Below, in pieces: positions 20,227 to 30,361 of a DNA stretch of 64,000 nt. The stretch spans positions 52,019-116,018 of the forward strand of contig JAFVGZ010000005.1 of assembly GCA_017478025.1 (NCBI GenBank), written 5' to 3'. The DNA is from Prevotella sp. Lineage in GTDB: Bacteria > Bacteroidota > Bacteroidia > Bacteroidales > Bacteroidaceae. The notes under the pieces are model-generated. The model was not told the DNA's origin and searched no databases. It saw only the letters and a program-made list of their open reading frames with translations. How positions within the stretch are numbered: the stretch's first letter is position 1; every line of letters starts with the position of its first letter. The translations under genes were made by a program, and so were the position numbers.

Positions 20227-20346
20227 GTTTGCAAAGGTAAGTGAAATTTATTAACAAATAATAATTTGCCGTTCAGTTTCTTCTGTGCATTTGCTTTTTT
20301 TAACATTGTGTACCCACACAGTTTTTGAACTTCACCTGCGAGAGTG

Positions 20347-20748
20347 TCATTTACGCCCAAAATCTGCAGGAATTTCACCCCATTCCTTCGTATTCCATTT
20401 CAATACCTGAGGACGAAAAGAGTGTGTTTTGAGCCATTTTTCGGCCCTTTCCACTAACTCTAATGCCTGTTTCGTCTCATCAGAAGCCTTCAAAGTGGTC
20501 TTACATTTCTGCTTTTTTACCCACAACTGCGCATTGACCGAGTCGCTATAGATGGTGTATCCCTGCATCCCACGCTGCTCCATGAGAGCCATAGCGTGGA
20601 CTATCGCCAGAAATTCGCCGATGTTATTCGTTCCCTTGATGGGTCCGAAATGGAATATAGTCTGCCCTGTATCGAGATCTACACCACGATATTCCATTGG
20701 TCCGGGATTACCCAGACAAGAGGCATCTACAGCCCAGGCACGAGTCAT
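20347..20748 (-). CDS. rnhA: Ribonuclease HI (catalytic domain only)
   Basis: AVDASCLGNPGPMEYRGV, GTNNIGEFLAIVHA, IYSDS, KWNTKEWGEIPADFGRK. Confidence 0.88.
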   Translation of the reverse strand: MTRAWAVDASCLGNPGPMEYRGVDLDTGQTIFHFGPIKGTNNIGEFLAIVHAMALMEQRGMQGYTIYSDSVNAQLWVKKQKCKTTLKASDETKQALELVERAEKWLKTHSFRPQVLKWNTKEWGEIPADFGRK

Positions 20749-20911
20749 AACAGGTCTTAAAACGTTAAAGGTTATTACATTCCTCTATTATGCATTCTTG
20801 CATTGTGCATTCTGCATGTGTCGCAATAAAATTGCGACGCAAAAGACAAAGGTTTAATTCTGCATTATGCATCATGAATTATGCATTATGAATTCTGCAG
20901 TAGCATCCATA

Positions 20912-22723
20912 CTACATTCTCTCCGGCACTTCTATGCCGAGCAGAGCCATTCCGTTCTTGATGGTCTTGGCAACATTTGCCGAGATAGCGAGACGCAGCA
21001 GCTTCTGTTCAGGCGTGTCAGCAGAGAGGACGGAATAGTCGTGATAGAACTGATTGAATGCCTTTGTCAGCTCATAGCAGTAGTTTGCAATGCCTGACGG
21101 ACTGTAGTCCTTGCCTGCCTGAGCCACCGCAGCAGGATATTCCGCTATCTTCTGTATCAGCGAGATCTCCTTCTCGTTCAGTTCCACGGCATCGGCAGCA
21201 GGCACCGTCAGCTGGAGTCCCTGCTCCGCAGCTCTCCTTATTATACTACGTATGCGCGCGTACGTGTACTGTATGAACGGACCCGTGTTGCCGTTGAAGT
21301 CTATTGACTCCTCCGGATTGAAGAGCATATTCTTTCTTGCGTCCACCTTGAGGATGAAATACTTCAGCGCTCCCATGCCCACGATGCGTGCTGTCTCCTG
21401 CTTCTCGTCCTCGGTCATGTCGTTGTTCTTGCCTGCCTCGTCGCTTACCTGGCGTGCATCGCTTATCATCGCTGCTATCAGGTCATCGGCATCAACCACG
21501 GTGCCCTCCCTCGATTTCATCTTTCCGTTGGGTAGTTCCACCATGCCGTATGAGAAATGCACGAGGTCCTTGCCCCACTTGAAGCCCAGCTTGTCAAGCA
21601 GTATTGACAGCACCTGGAAGTGATAGTTCTGCTCGTTGCCCACCACGTATATCATCTTGTCAATGGGATAGTCCTGGAAGCGTAGCTTTGCGGTGCCGAT
21701 ATCCTGTGTCATATACACCGATGTACCGTCAGAACGCAGCAGCAGTTTCTCGTCCAGGCCCTCCTTGGTCAGGTCTGCCCATACGCTATTGTCGTCACGG
21801 CGATAGAAGAATCCCTTCTGCAGGCCTTCCTCCACCTTCTCTTTTCCTTCGAGATAGGTGTCTGACTCATAGTATATCTTATCGAAACTGACACCCAGAG
21901 CCTTGTATGTCTCATCAAAACCGGCATACACCCATTCGTTCATCTTCCTCCAAAGGCCTCTCACCTCCGGGTCGTTCTGCTCCCATTTCACGAGCATCTC
22001 GTGTGCCTCCTTGATAAGCGGAGCCTCATTCTTGGCTTTTTCCTTCGCAGCATCATCGGTCATTCCCTCTGCCACATACTGCTTAGCCAGCTCATCACAC
22101 TCGGCCTTATAGTGCTTGTCAAAGGCCACGTAATAGTCGCCTATGAGGTGATCGCCCTTCTTACCGCTGCTCTCAGGCGTCTCGCCGTTGCCCCACTTCA
22201 GCCACGCCAGCATACTCTTACAGATGTGTATGCCGCGGTCATTGACGATATTCGTCTTCACAACCTTGTTGCCGTTAGCCTGCATAATCTGCGCCAGCGA
22301 CCAGCCCAGCAGGTTATTGCGCACATGACCCAGGTGCAGCGGCTTGTTTGTGTTTGGCGATGAGTACTCTATCATCACCAGCGGACTGTCCTCCGTCGCT
22401 GTCTTCTCGCCGTAGTGCGGGTCATCATCGATGGTTTTCAACATCTCCACCCACGCTCCGGAGCCGATGCAAAGGTTCAGGAAGCCCTTCACCACGTTAT
22501 ACTTGCTTATAGCGCCGCAGTTCTCCTGCAGCCACTCGCCAATTTCTTTAGCAGTCTCCTCAGGAGACTTCTTTGACATCTTGAGGAACGGGAACACCAC
22601 GAGTGTCAGATTTCCTTCAAACTCTGCGCGTGTCTTCTGCAGCTGCACCATCTTCTCTGGCACCTCCTGCCCATACAGCGCCTTCACTGCGGCCATCGCC
22701 GCCGTCTGTATCAGTTTTTCCAT
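20912..22723 (-). CDS. argS: Arginine--tRNA ligase
   Basis: IEYSSPNTNKPLHLGHVRN (HIGH-like), KMKSREG, GNTGPFIQYTYARIRSI, LLGIEVPERM. Start set at ATG 22723 because the upstream extension runs through promoter and repeat DNA. Confidence 0.96.
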   Translation of the reverse strand: MEKLIQTAAMAAVKALYGQEVPEKMVQLQKTRAEFEGNLTLVVFPFLKMSKKSPEETAKEIGEWLQENCGAISKYNVVKGFLNLCIGSGAWVEMLKTIDDDPHYGEKTATEDSPLVMIEYSSPNTNKPLHLGHVRNNLLGWSLAQIMQANGNKVVKTNIVNDRGIHICKSMLAWLKWGNGETPESSGKKGDHLIGDYYVAFDKHYKAECDELAKQYVAEGMTDDAAKEKAKNEAPLIKEAHEMLVKWEQNDPEVRGLWRKMNEWVYAGFDETYKALGVSFDKIYYESDTYLEGKEKVEEGLQKGFFYRRDDNSVWADLTKEGLDEKLLLRSDGTSVYMTQDIGTAKLRFQDYPIDKMIYVVGNEQNYHFQVLSILLDKLGFKWGKDLVHFSYGMVELPNGKMKSREGTVVDADDLIAAMISDARQVSDEAGKNNDMTEDEKQETARIVGMGALKYFILKVDARKNMLFNPEESIDFNGNTGPFIQYTYARIRSIIRRAAEQGLQLTVPAADAVELNEKEISLIQKIAEYPAAVAQAGKDYSPSGIANYCYELTKAFNQFYHDYSVLSADTPEQKLLRLAISANVAKTIKNGMALLGIEVPERM

Positions 22724-22752
22724 TACTGTATCTACGATTATAAATTTCTTCG

Positions 22753-22917
22753 CAAAGGTACGATTAAGTTGTGAGATATGCAAGAGAAAGAACTTGTTTT
22801 TTTCTCTTGCATATCCATGACGGAGTACCTTCGACGCAGTCAAAGGTACGATTAAGTTTTGAGATATGCAAAAAAAACAAACCACGAATTTCACGAATTT
22901 CACGAATTATGAATTAC
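22753..22917 (-). repeat. Duplicated promoter-bearing repeat upstream of argS
   Basis: caaaggtacgattaagtt(g/t)tgagatatgcaa at 22753 and 22841 (minus strand reads TTGCATATCTCA...CGTACCTTTG); third copy at 29491. Confidence 0.7.
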
Positions 22918-23027
22918 ACATTACCCAGCTTTCTCAAGTAGATAGACGCCCTGCTCTATATTTTCCCCGCCAGAATAACGCTAAAGATAAGCAATGTGCG
23001 AAGAGAGGCCAAAGTCGAGTAAGACTA

Positions 23028-23160
23028 TTACCAAAGGCTGGTAAACGGATTACCAAGGCTTGGTAACTCAATTACCAACGCTTGGTAATGTGTCAGAACC
23101 ACTCCGCTCAGCACTCTATGACGCTTGCGTAACACCGTGTAGCAAGAGCTTCTGACAACT
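23028..23160. repeat. Array of three TTACCA-N5-TGGTAA palindromes (22-bp period) plus conserved flank
   Basis: Units at 23028, 23050, 23072; flank 23100-23160 is the reverse-complement homologue of about 30066-30120. Confidence 0.85.
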
Positions 23161-23302
23161 TGAGAAACCTGAATTATACATTAATATCTCTCCTTTCTTC
23201 CAGAACCGCCATAAATTTATGGCGATAGAAGTTTTGTATTTCAGAGATTATTTATAAATTTGCAGGCGAAACTTGAATAACTAATCTAAAAGAATACATA
23301 TT

Positions 23303-24691
23303 ATGACACGAAGGATGTTATGCAGCGTATTGCTGGCTTTGGTGGCATTGGTTTGCCAGGCAAGGGTTTACGACGTGAAGGATTTTGGGGCCAAGGGCGA
23401 TGGCAAGACATTGGACCATGTGGCTATCAACAAAGCTATTGAGACCGCTACGTCTGAGGGTGGCGGACAGGTGGTGGTGCCTGCCGGTACTTACCTGTGC
23501 GGCAGTATCCGTCTAAAGAGCAACATAGACCTGCACCTGATGGCTGGCGCAAAGATTCTTGCTGCCCCAGCCAGCATGAAGGCCTACGATGAAAGCGAGT
23601 CATTCGGTGGGTTCCCTGAGTATCAGGACGGTGGCCATACCTATTTCCACAACTCCCTGATATGGGCTGAGGGACAGCAGAATGTCAGCATTACCGGCAG
23701 GGGTATGATAGACGGTGAGGGTCTGACAAAGCGTGACACGGAGAAGGGCGGCAACGTGCAGGGCGGCAGCATAGGCACAGGCGATAAGGCGATAGCGCTG
23801 AAACTGTGCCGCAATGTGACCATACGCGACATAACCATTTATCGTGGCGGACACTTTGCCATCATCATCACAGGCTGCGAGATTGGTACGATAGACAATG
23901 TGACCATTGACACTAACCGCGACGGCATAGACATAGACTGCTGCAAGTATTTCACCGTGAGCAATACGAAGGTGAATACGCCCAACGATGACGCTATAGT
24001 GCTGAAGAGCTCATACGCCTTGAAAAAGGCTGTGGCGTGTGAGCATATCCTTGTGACTAACTGTATCGTTACGGGTTATAAGCTCGGCACGTTCCTCGAT
24101 GGCACATACGTGCCGGAGAAGGTGAACTGGGTATGCGGGCGTATCAAGCTGGGTACGGAGTCTAACGGCGGCTATCGCAACATCACAATATCCAACTGCA
24201 CCTGCATGTGGAGCAGCGGTCTGGCCTTCGAGGAGGTGGATCAGGGGAAGATGGAGAATATCGTGGTCAACAATATCTCGCTGAGCCATGTGCACCACTA
24301 CCCTATCTACATCACTACGGGTTGCCGTAATCGCGGCCCGAAGGAGGTGACACAACCTTCGTCCGCACGTGACATATATATAAATAATGTCATCGCCGAT
24401 GACTGCGATTCGTTGGCAGGCATTATAATCACGGGCATGGAGGGCGAGCCGATACGCAATGTATCACTGAGCAACATACGCATACAGTATCGCGGCGGGG
24501 GCAAGAAAGTAGATAAGCCGTACCGCGAGCAGGGCACTAACTACCCGGAGCCCCGCTGGGCAGGTCCCACACCGGCCTATGGTCTCTTTGCCCGCCACGT
24601 GGATGGACTGTACATGCACAACGTGGAGTTTGAACTAATGCGCCCCGATGAGCGACCAGATATCATACTGGAGGACGTGAAAAGGAAATAG
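23303..24691 (+). CDS. GH28 family glycoside hydrolase (polygalacturonase/rhamnogalacturonase-like)
   Basis: Signal peptide; VKDFGAKGDGKT, NRDGIDID, NDDAIVLKS, RIKLGTES; beta-helix repeats. Confidence 0.88.
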   Translation: MTRRMLCSVLLALVALVCQARVYDVKDFGAKGDGKTLDHVAINKAIETATSEGGGQVVVPAGTYLCGSIRLKSNIDLHLMAGAKILAAPASMKAYDESESFGGFPEYQDGGHTYFHNSLIWAEGQQNVSITGRGMIDGEGLTKRDTEKGGNVQGGSIGTGDKAIALKLCRNVTIRDITIYRGGHFAIIITGCEIGTIDNVTIDTNRDGIDIDCCKYFTVSNTKVNTPNDDAIVLKSSYALKKAVACEHILVTNCIVTGYKLGTFLDGTYVPEKVNWVCGRIKLGTESNGGYRNITISNCTCMWSSGLAFEEVDQGKMENIVVNNISLSHVHHYPIYITTGCRNRGPKEVTQPSSARDIYINNVIADDCDSLAGIIITGMEGEPIRNVSLSNIRIQYRGGGKKVDKPYREQGTNYPEPRWAGPTPAYGLFARHVDGLYMHNVEFELMRPDERPDIILEDVKRK

Positions 24692-24776
24692 CCCCGCCCC
24701 AAGGAGAGATGTATGACTGGCATCAAAGTTGGGCATACGATTCAACAGTCTATAGACCGGACTGGATATAAACAGA

Positions 24777-24825
24777 AAACGCGCTAACAGGGACATACAA
24801 TAGATGTACTGTTAGCGCGTTTTTT
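24777..24825. terminator. Bidirectional intrinsic terminator between GH28 and metG
   Basis: aaaacgcgctaacag...ctgttagcgcgtttttt between convergent genes. Confidence 0.75.
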
Positions 24826-24843
24826 ATGTTTCGTACGTGTGGC

Positions 24844-26913
24844 TTATCCCACCTGCGAGCCGGGCTTTACGGCCTTAGAGGTGGTTGTTACGGAGAGTGT
24901 TCCGTCATAGTTGACGGCAGAAAGTATCATGCCCTGGCTCTCCTCGCCCATCATCTTGCGTGGTGCGAAGTTGGCTACAAAGAGCACCTGCTTGCCCACC
25001 AGCTCCTGCGGGTCCTCATAGTAGGCGGCAATACCGCTGAGGATGGTGCGACCGTCAGGCGTTCCGTCATCAATGTGGAACTTCAGAAGCTTCTTTGACT
25101 TCTTCACTTTCTCGCACGATGTGACGAGTCCCACGCGTATGTCGAGTTTCTCAAAGGTCTCGAAATCCACGTTCTCCTTCACCGGTTCGGGCTCGTATTC
25201 CTTTGCCTCGTTGCTGCTCTTAGTGTCAGCAAGTTTCTGCAGCTGTGCCTCTATGACGCTGTCCTCTATCTTTTCGAACAGCAGGCTGGGCTCTCCTAAC
25301 TGCTTGCCGGCCTTCAGAATATCCATGCTGCCCAGCTGCTCCCATAGGAATGTGTCAAGATTCAGCATCTCGCGCAGCTTCTTGCTTGAGAACGGCAGGA
25401 ATGGCTCAAAGGCGATGGAGAGGTTGGCTGTCAGTTGCAGGCAGATGTACAGGATGGTCTTTACGCGCTCCATGTCTGTCTTTGCCACCTTCCATGGCTC
25501 ACACTCGGTGATGTATCTGTTGCCGATACGTGCCAGGTTCATGGCCTCCTTCTGCGCCTCACGGAACTTGAACTGTTCCAGATATTCCTCCACATTGGCC
25601 TTTACATCCTTGAATTCCGCTATGGCTTGCTTGTCAACATCGGTGAGCTCGCCGCACTCCGGCACTACGCCGCCGAAGTATTTCTTGGTGAGCTGCAGCG
25701 CGCGGTTGACGAAGTTGCCATAGATAGCCACAAGTTCGGAGTTGTTGCGCTCCTGGAAGTCACGCCACGTGAAGTTGTTGTCCTTCGTCTCAGGCGCGTT
25801 GGCTGTGAGCACATAGCGCAGCACATCCTGCTTGCCGGGCAAGTCAACAAGGTACTCATGCAGCCACACGGCCCAGTTGCGCGAGGTGGATATCTTATCA
25901 TCCTCCAGGTTCAGGAACTCGTTGGCCGGCACGTTGTCAGGCATGATATAACCTCCGTGGGCCTTCATCATCACAGGGAAGATGAGGCAGTGGAACACGA
26001 TGTTGTCTTTACCAATGAAGTGTATGAGGCGTGTGTCCTCATCCTGCCACCACTTCTGCCATGTGCCCCATTTCTCAGGCTCTCTGTCACACAGCTCCTT
26101 GGTGTTGGAGATGTATCCTATCGGCGCGTCAAACCACACATAGAGCACCTTGCCCTCTGCGCCCTCCACAGGCACGGGGATGCCCCAGTCCAGGTCGCGC
26201 GTCATCGCGCGGGGCTGCAGGTCCATGTCGAGCCAGGACTTACACTGGCCATAGACATTGCTGCGCCACTCCTTGTGACCCTCCAATATCCACTTCTTCA
26301 GCCAGTCCTGATACTTGTTCAGCGGCAGATACCAGTTCTTTGTGGGGCGTTTCACGAGTCCGTGACCCGGGTTGTTCTTGTTGGTTGGGTTTATCAACTC
26401 ATCAGGTGACAGCGTAGCGCCGCACTTCTCGCACTGGTCGCCGTAAGCGCCCTGGGCATGACAGCGCGGACATTCGCCCACAATGTTGCGGTCTGTAAGG
26501 AATTCGCCAGTCACCTCATCACAATACTGCTCCTCCGTTATCTCCTCCAGTTCGTTCTTGTCATAGAGCGTACGGAAGAAATCAGCAGCGAACTTATGGT
26601 GTATATCACTCGTGGTGCGGCTGTAGATATCAAAGGAGATGCCGAACTCCTCAAAGGATTTCTTTATCATCTCATGATAGCGATCCACCACCTGCTGCAC
26701 CGTTATGCCCTCCTGCTTTGCACGTATGGTGACAGGTACGCCGTGCTCATCGCTACCGCCAATGAATACTACTTCGCGGTTCTTCAGTCGCAGATAGCGC
26801 ACGTAGATGTCGGCAGGCACATAAACGCCTGCAAGGTGTCCGATATGCACTCCGCCATTAGCGTATGGCAGAGCGGCAGTAACGGTTGTTCTCTTATAGT
26901 TTTTCTGTTCCAT
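24844..26913 (-). CDS. metG: Methionine--tRNA ligase
   Basis: [17 protein letters not shown]...CEKC zinc knuckle, [16 protein letters not shown]-terminal tRNA-binding (EMAP) domain; start MEQKNYK. Confidence 0.96.
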   Translation of the reverse strand: MEQKNYKRTTVTAALPYANGGVHIGHLAGVYVPADIYVRYLRLKNREVVFIGGSDEHGVPVTIRAKQEGITVQQVVDRYHEMIKKSFEEFGISFDIYSRTTSDIHHKFAADFFRTLYDKNELEEITEEQYCDEVTGEFLTDRNIVGECPRCHAQGAYGDQCEKCGATLSPDELINPTNKNNPGHGLVKRPTKNWYLPLNKYQDWLKKWILEGHKEWRSNVYGQCKSWLDMDLQPRAMTRDLDWGIPVPVEGAEGKVLYVWFDAPIGYISNTKELCDREPEKWGTWQKWWQDEDTRLIHFIGKDNIVFHCLIFPVMMKAHGGYIMPDNVPANEFLNLEDDKISTSRNWAVWLHEYLVDLPGKQDVLRYVLTANAPETKDNNFTWRDFQERNNSELVAIYGNFVNRALQLTKKYFGGVVPECGELTDVDKQAIAEFKDVKANVEEYLEQFKFREAQKEAMNLARIGNRYITECEPWKVAKTDMERVKTILYICLQLTANLSIAFEPFLPFSSKKLREMLNLDTFLWEQLGSMDILKAGKQLGEPSLLFEKIEDSVIEAQLQKLADTKSSNEAKEYEPEPVKENVDFETFEKLDIRVGLVTSCEKVKKSKKLLKFHIDDGTPDGRTILSGIAAYYEDPQELVGKQVLFVANFAPRKMMGEESQGMILSAVNYDGTLSVTTTSKAVKPGSQVG

Positions 26914-26958
26914 CTTATTCCAAGAGCCTGCCACATCGTAGCGGGCTTTCTTTTTTGT

Positions 26959-27894
26959 TTATAAATTGGTAAAGTCTTTTTTCTGCAACTTAAAGTTCGT
27001 TCCGAGGTATTTCTCACGCACCACCCTGTTGGAGGCCAGTTCCTCTGGAGTGCCGTGAAACAGTATCCTGCCCTCGAAGAGCAAGTATGCACGGTCTGTG
27101 ATATTCAGCGTCTCGTGCACATTGTGGTCGGTTATGAGGATGCCGATATTGCGATGCTTCAGGTGCCACACCACGCGCTGTATCTCTTCTACGGCTATAG
27201 GGTCCACACCGGCAAAGGGTTCGTCAAGCATTATGAACTTCGGCTCAATGGCCAGACAGCGCGCTATCTCCGTGCGGCGGCGCTCGCCACCAGACAAACG
27301 GTCACCGAGGTTCTTCCTCACCTTCTGCAAAGAGAACTCATTGATAAGGCTCTCCAGTTTCTCCATGCGGTATTTACGCGGCTTGCCGGTCATCTCGAGC
27401 ACCGAGAGGATATTATCCTCCACCGACATCTTGCGGAATACGCTGGCCTCCTGAGGCAGGTAGCCCACACCGTTCTTTGCGTGTTCATACACCGCCATGC
27501 TCGTTATCTCTTTGTCATCAATGAAGACACGCCCTGCATTGGGCACCACAAGACCCGTAGTCATGTAGAATGACGTTGTCTTGCCGGCACCGTTAGGGCC
27601 TAACAGTCCTACTATCTCGCCCTGTCGCACATCAAACGACACATCGTTTACAACGGTACGCTTGCCGTAAATCTTCACCAAGCCCTCGCTTCGCAGCACC
27701 GAGCCCTGTGGCTGCGTCGGCTCCGCAGGCTGCTCTGTCCCCTCCGTCTGAGGTGCGCCTTGCTCCGTCTGAGGCGCCGTCTGCTCCGTCTGAGGTGCTG
27801 TCTGCTCCGTCTGAGGCGCCGTCTCTTTCCCTTCAGGGGCGGGAGGAGCGGTCTCGTTGACGGGAAGGGTGTTATCTAAGTTTTCCTCTTGCAT
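26959..27894 (-). CDS. lptB: LPS export ABC ATPase with low-complexity N-terminal extension
   Basis: [48 protein letters not shown]; N-terminal (TAPQTEQ)n. Confidence 0.93.
   Translation of the reverse strand: MQEENLDNTLPVNETAPPAPEGKETAPQTEQTAPQTEQTAPQTEQGAPQTEGTEQPAEPTQPQGSVLRSEGLVKIYGKRTVVNDVSFDVRQGEIVGLLGPNGAGKTTSFYMTTGLVVPNAGRVFIDDKEITSMAVYEHAKNGVGYLPQEASVFRKMSVEDNILSVLEMTGKPRKYRMEKLESLINEFSLQKVRKNLGDRLSGGERRRTEIARCLAIEPKFIMLDEPFAGVDPIAVEEIQRVVWHLKHRNIGILITDHNVHETLNITDRAYLLFEGRILFHGTPEELASNRVVREKYLGTNFKLQKKDFTNL
27742..27825. repeat. Four 21-bp coding tandem repeats in lptB
   Basis: ctccgtctgagg(t/c)gc units encoding [14 protein letters not shown]. Confidence 0.8.
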
Positions 27895-28807
27895 CGTTAT
27901 ACTCCTTTTTAAGTCTTTCCATGATGACGCTGACGGGCTCTATCTCCCTTATCGCAGAAGCTATCTGTCCTATCTCCAGCTCACCGTCCTCAGTGTCTCC
28001 GTCAAAGATGCCGCGCCTTGTGGCCTTCTCGCCGAGTATCTCCAGCAGTTGTGGCACATCGGCGCCCTTGTCCTCTGCCTCTGCTATGCGCTTATACAGA
28101 CCGTTCTTGACGAGTCTTGACGGAGCCAGTTTCTTCAGGCAGAGCATCGTGTCGCCCTCCTGAAGCGTGGTGCATACCTGCTTGAAGGCATCGCTGGCGC
28201 TGCTCTCCTTTGACAGAGCGAAGAGAGTACCTATCTGCACACCTTCTGCTCCGAGCACCTGGGCTGCAAGGCATGCCTGTCCCGATGCTATGCCACCGGC
28301 AGCGATGAGCGGCAACGTGGTAGCCTGACGTACCTGGGGGATGAGACACATCGTCGTTGTCTCTTCCTTGCCATTGTGACCACCGGCCTCAAAGCCCTCT
28401 GCCACTACGACATCCACGCCGGCTTCCTCACACTTCTTGGCAAACTTGGACGAGCTGACCACATGGGCCACCGTCATGCCGGCCTCGTGGAAGCGCTGTG
28501 TGTATTTCTTAGGGCTGCCTGCCGAGGTAAAGACAATCTTGCATCCCTCCTCGATTATCATATCTATCAGGGAATCTATCTGCGGATACATCAACGGCAG
28601 GTTGATGCCCCAGGGCTTATCGGTGGCAGCCTTACACTTCTGTATGTGCTCCCTGAGCAGATCTACCGACATCGTGCCCGCACCTATCAGGCCCAGACCA
28701 CCAGCATTACTAACTGCGGCAGCGAGACGCCAACCGCTACACCAAGCCATACCACCGGCAATAACCGGCAGCTCTATACCAAAGATTTCCTGTATTCTGT
28801 TCAACAT
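27872..28807 (-). CDS. fabK: Nitronate monooxygenase family / enoyl-ACP reductase II (FabK-like)
   Basis: [46 protein letters not shown]. Confidence 0.8.
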   Translation of the reverse strand: MLNRIQEIFGIELPVIAGGMAWCSGWRLAAAVSNAGGLGLIGAGTMSVDLLREHIQKCKAATDKPWGINLPLMYPQIDSLIDMIIEEGCKIVFTSAGSPKKYTQRFHEAGMTVAHVVSSSKFAKKCEEAGVDVVVAEGFEAGGHNGKEETTTMCLIPQVRQATTLPLIAAGGIASGQACLAAQVLGAEGVQIGTLFALSKESSASDAFKQVCTTLQEGDTMLCLKKLAPSRLVKNGLYKRIAEAEDKGADVPQLLEILGEKATRRGIFDGDTEDGELEIGQIASAIREIEPVSVIMERLKKEYNDARGKLR

Positions 28808-29010
28808 CTCACTATGTACAATTTACTATGTACCATGTACTGTTATGTACAATTTACTATGTACAATGTACAATATATTTTATACTATTTACTATTTTCA
28901 ATTTACCATTTACCATATACCTTCACCTATGACAACCCGGCAGGCGCATCTCACGGCAACAATGTCTGAATGGCCAAATGAAAATTGTACATGGTACATG
29001 GTAAATAGCT

Positions 29011-29463
29011 TTATTCCTTATTCTTCGTATCCATACAGATGGTCACGGGGCCGTCGTTGAGCAGTTCCACCTTCATCTCTGCGCCGAAGCGTCCCGTCTT
29101 TACGGGCTTGCCCAACTCATGCTCCATAGCCTTCACAAAGGCCTCATAGAGTGGGATTGTCACCTCATGGCTGCCCGCTCGCAGGTAACTGGGGCGGTTA
29201 CCTTTCTTATATGATGCCCACAGCGTGAACTGTGACACCACAAGCACATCACCCCCAACGTCCAGAAGACTCTTGTTCATCACGCCGTTCTCATCGTCAA
29301 ACACCCGCAGATTGGCTATCTTATGGCTCAGCCAGTCTATGTCCTCCTGAGTATCGGCATTCTCGCACCCCAAGAGTATAAGGTAGCCCTGCCCTATACC
29401 CTCAGTATCATACCCTTCTATCGAAACGGATGCATGCTGCACCCTCTGTAATACTGCTCGCAT
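29011..29463 (-). CDS. dtd: D-aminoacyl-tRNA deacylase
   Basis: MRAVLQRV, VVSQFTL, GNRPSY, FGAEMKVELLNDGPVT. Confidence 0.96.
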   Translation of the reverse strand: MRAVLQRVQHASVSIEGYDTEGIGQGYLILLGCENADTQEDIDWLSHKIANLRVFDDENGVMNKSLLDVGGDVLVVSQFTLWASYKKGNRPSYLRAGSHEVTIPLYEAFVKAMEHELGKPVKTGRFGAEMKVELLNDGPVTICMDTKNKE

Positions 29464-29490
29464 TTACCTAAACACATTTACTTTCAACTG

Positions 29491-29563
29491 CAAAGTTACG
29501 ATTAAGTTTTGAGATATGCAAGAGAGAAACCACGAATTACACTAATTTCACAAATTATGAATT
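29491..29563 (-). repeat. Third copy of the promoter-bearing repeat, upstream of dtd
   Basis: caaagttacgattaagttttgagatatgcaa...accacgaatt...aattatgaatt matches 22841-22915. Confidence 0.7.
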
Positions 29564-29734
29564 CCGCATTATGAATTTTGTATTATGAATTGTGCCACAT
29601 ACTAATTCTATACGCCTTAAGCCTAAAATAGGGGGCCATCGAATTATAGCCCCCTATCCTATTGTAAGAATTTCAAGTTTCAAGTGGAAAAACGCCATGA
29701 AGGGCGAAACTTGAGTAAGAAAAACTAAAAGTTA

Positions 29735-29900
29735 TCACCTCGCGTATTTTCTCTCACTATTTACATATACGCCCTTGGCTTCGGGTTCACCGTTGAGTTT
29801 CACGCCGTCCAGCGTGTACCAAGCGGCATTCCCGGTGCCCGATGTTGCACTCTTCACGCTGCCTACGCCTGTGTTGTCGTCAAAGTGGAAGGGGTGTTTT
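29735..29900 (-). pseudogene. Remnant of a T9SS cargo gene (C-terminal sorting domain only)
   Basis: FDDNTGVGSV...WYTLDGVKLNGEPEAKGVYVN is the typical Prevotella CTD pattern; there is no signal peptide or passenger domain. Confidence 0.55.
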
Positions 29901-30065
29901 CTCCACGCCGGGCCCATAGATGGTGCGGAAGTCATTCTTCATAGAGATGAGCATGAAAGAAATAAATGATCAGGGCATTAATCATGGCGGGTAAGAAGGA
30001 ATTAATTATGGCAGGGATCAGGCCAGAAACTATTATGCAGGAAGTCAGGAGTTCTTGATTAAGGG

Positions 30066-30214
30066 AGTCAGGAGCCCTGCTCCACTCTATTACGCAAGCG
30101 TCACAGAGTGCCGGGCGGATGAGCCATAAAATTACCAAGCCTTGGTAATGTGGTTACCAAGCTTTGGTAAGGTGGTTACCAAGCCTTGGTAATCAGTTTA
30201 CCAGCCTTTGGTAA
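30066..30214. repeat. Conserved flank plus four TTACCA-N5-TGGTAA palindromes (22-bp period); inverted copy of the 23028 element
   Basis: Units at 30132, 30154, 30176, 30198. Confidence 0.85.
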
Positions 30215-30361
30215 TTGTTTGGTAAAAATATCCCCCATACTCTTGCACTTCCTTAAAAAAGTAAAAAAGTGTTGCTGGGTGTAGGGATTTGAGGTAGGGT
30301 TTCTTTGTTTTGTCATAAAAAATGACGAACTTTGCGGCAATAATAAAAACAACCTAACACA

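Noticed and set aside
22724-22903. 60-aa N-terminal extension of ArgS
   Set aside because: It runs through the promoter repeat and has no ArgS-like sequence.
29932-30138. 68-aa hydrophobic ORF as a small toxin
   Set aside because: It spans degenerate repeats and the conserved flank of the array element, and uses a non-ATG start inside a palindrome.
23028-30214. TTACCA...TGGTAA arrays (and the 18.4 kb and 47.4 kb arrays) as CRISPR arrays
   Set aside because: Spacers are only 5 bp, repeats are 17 bp, and there are no cas genes in the window.
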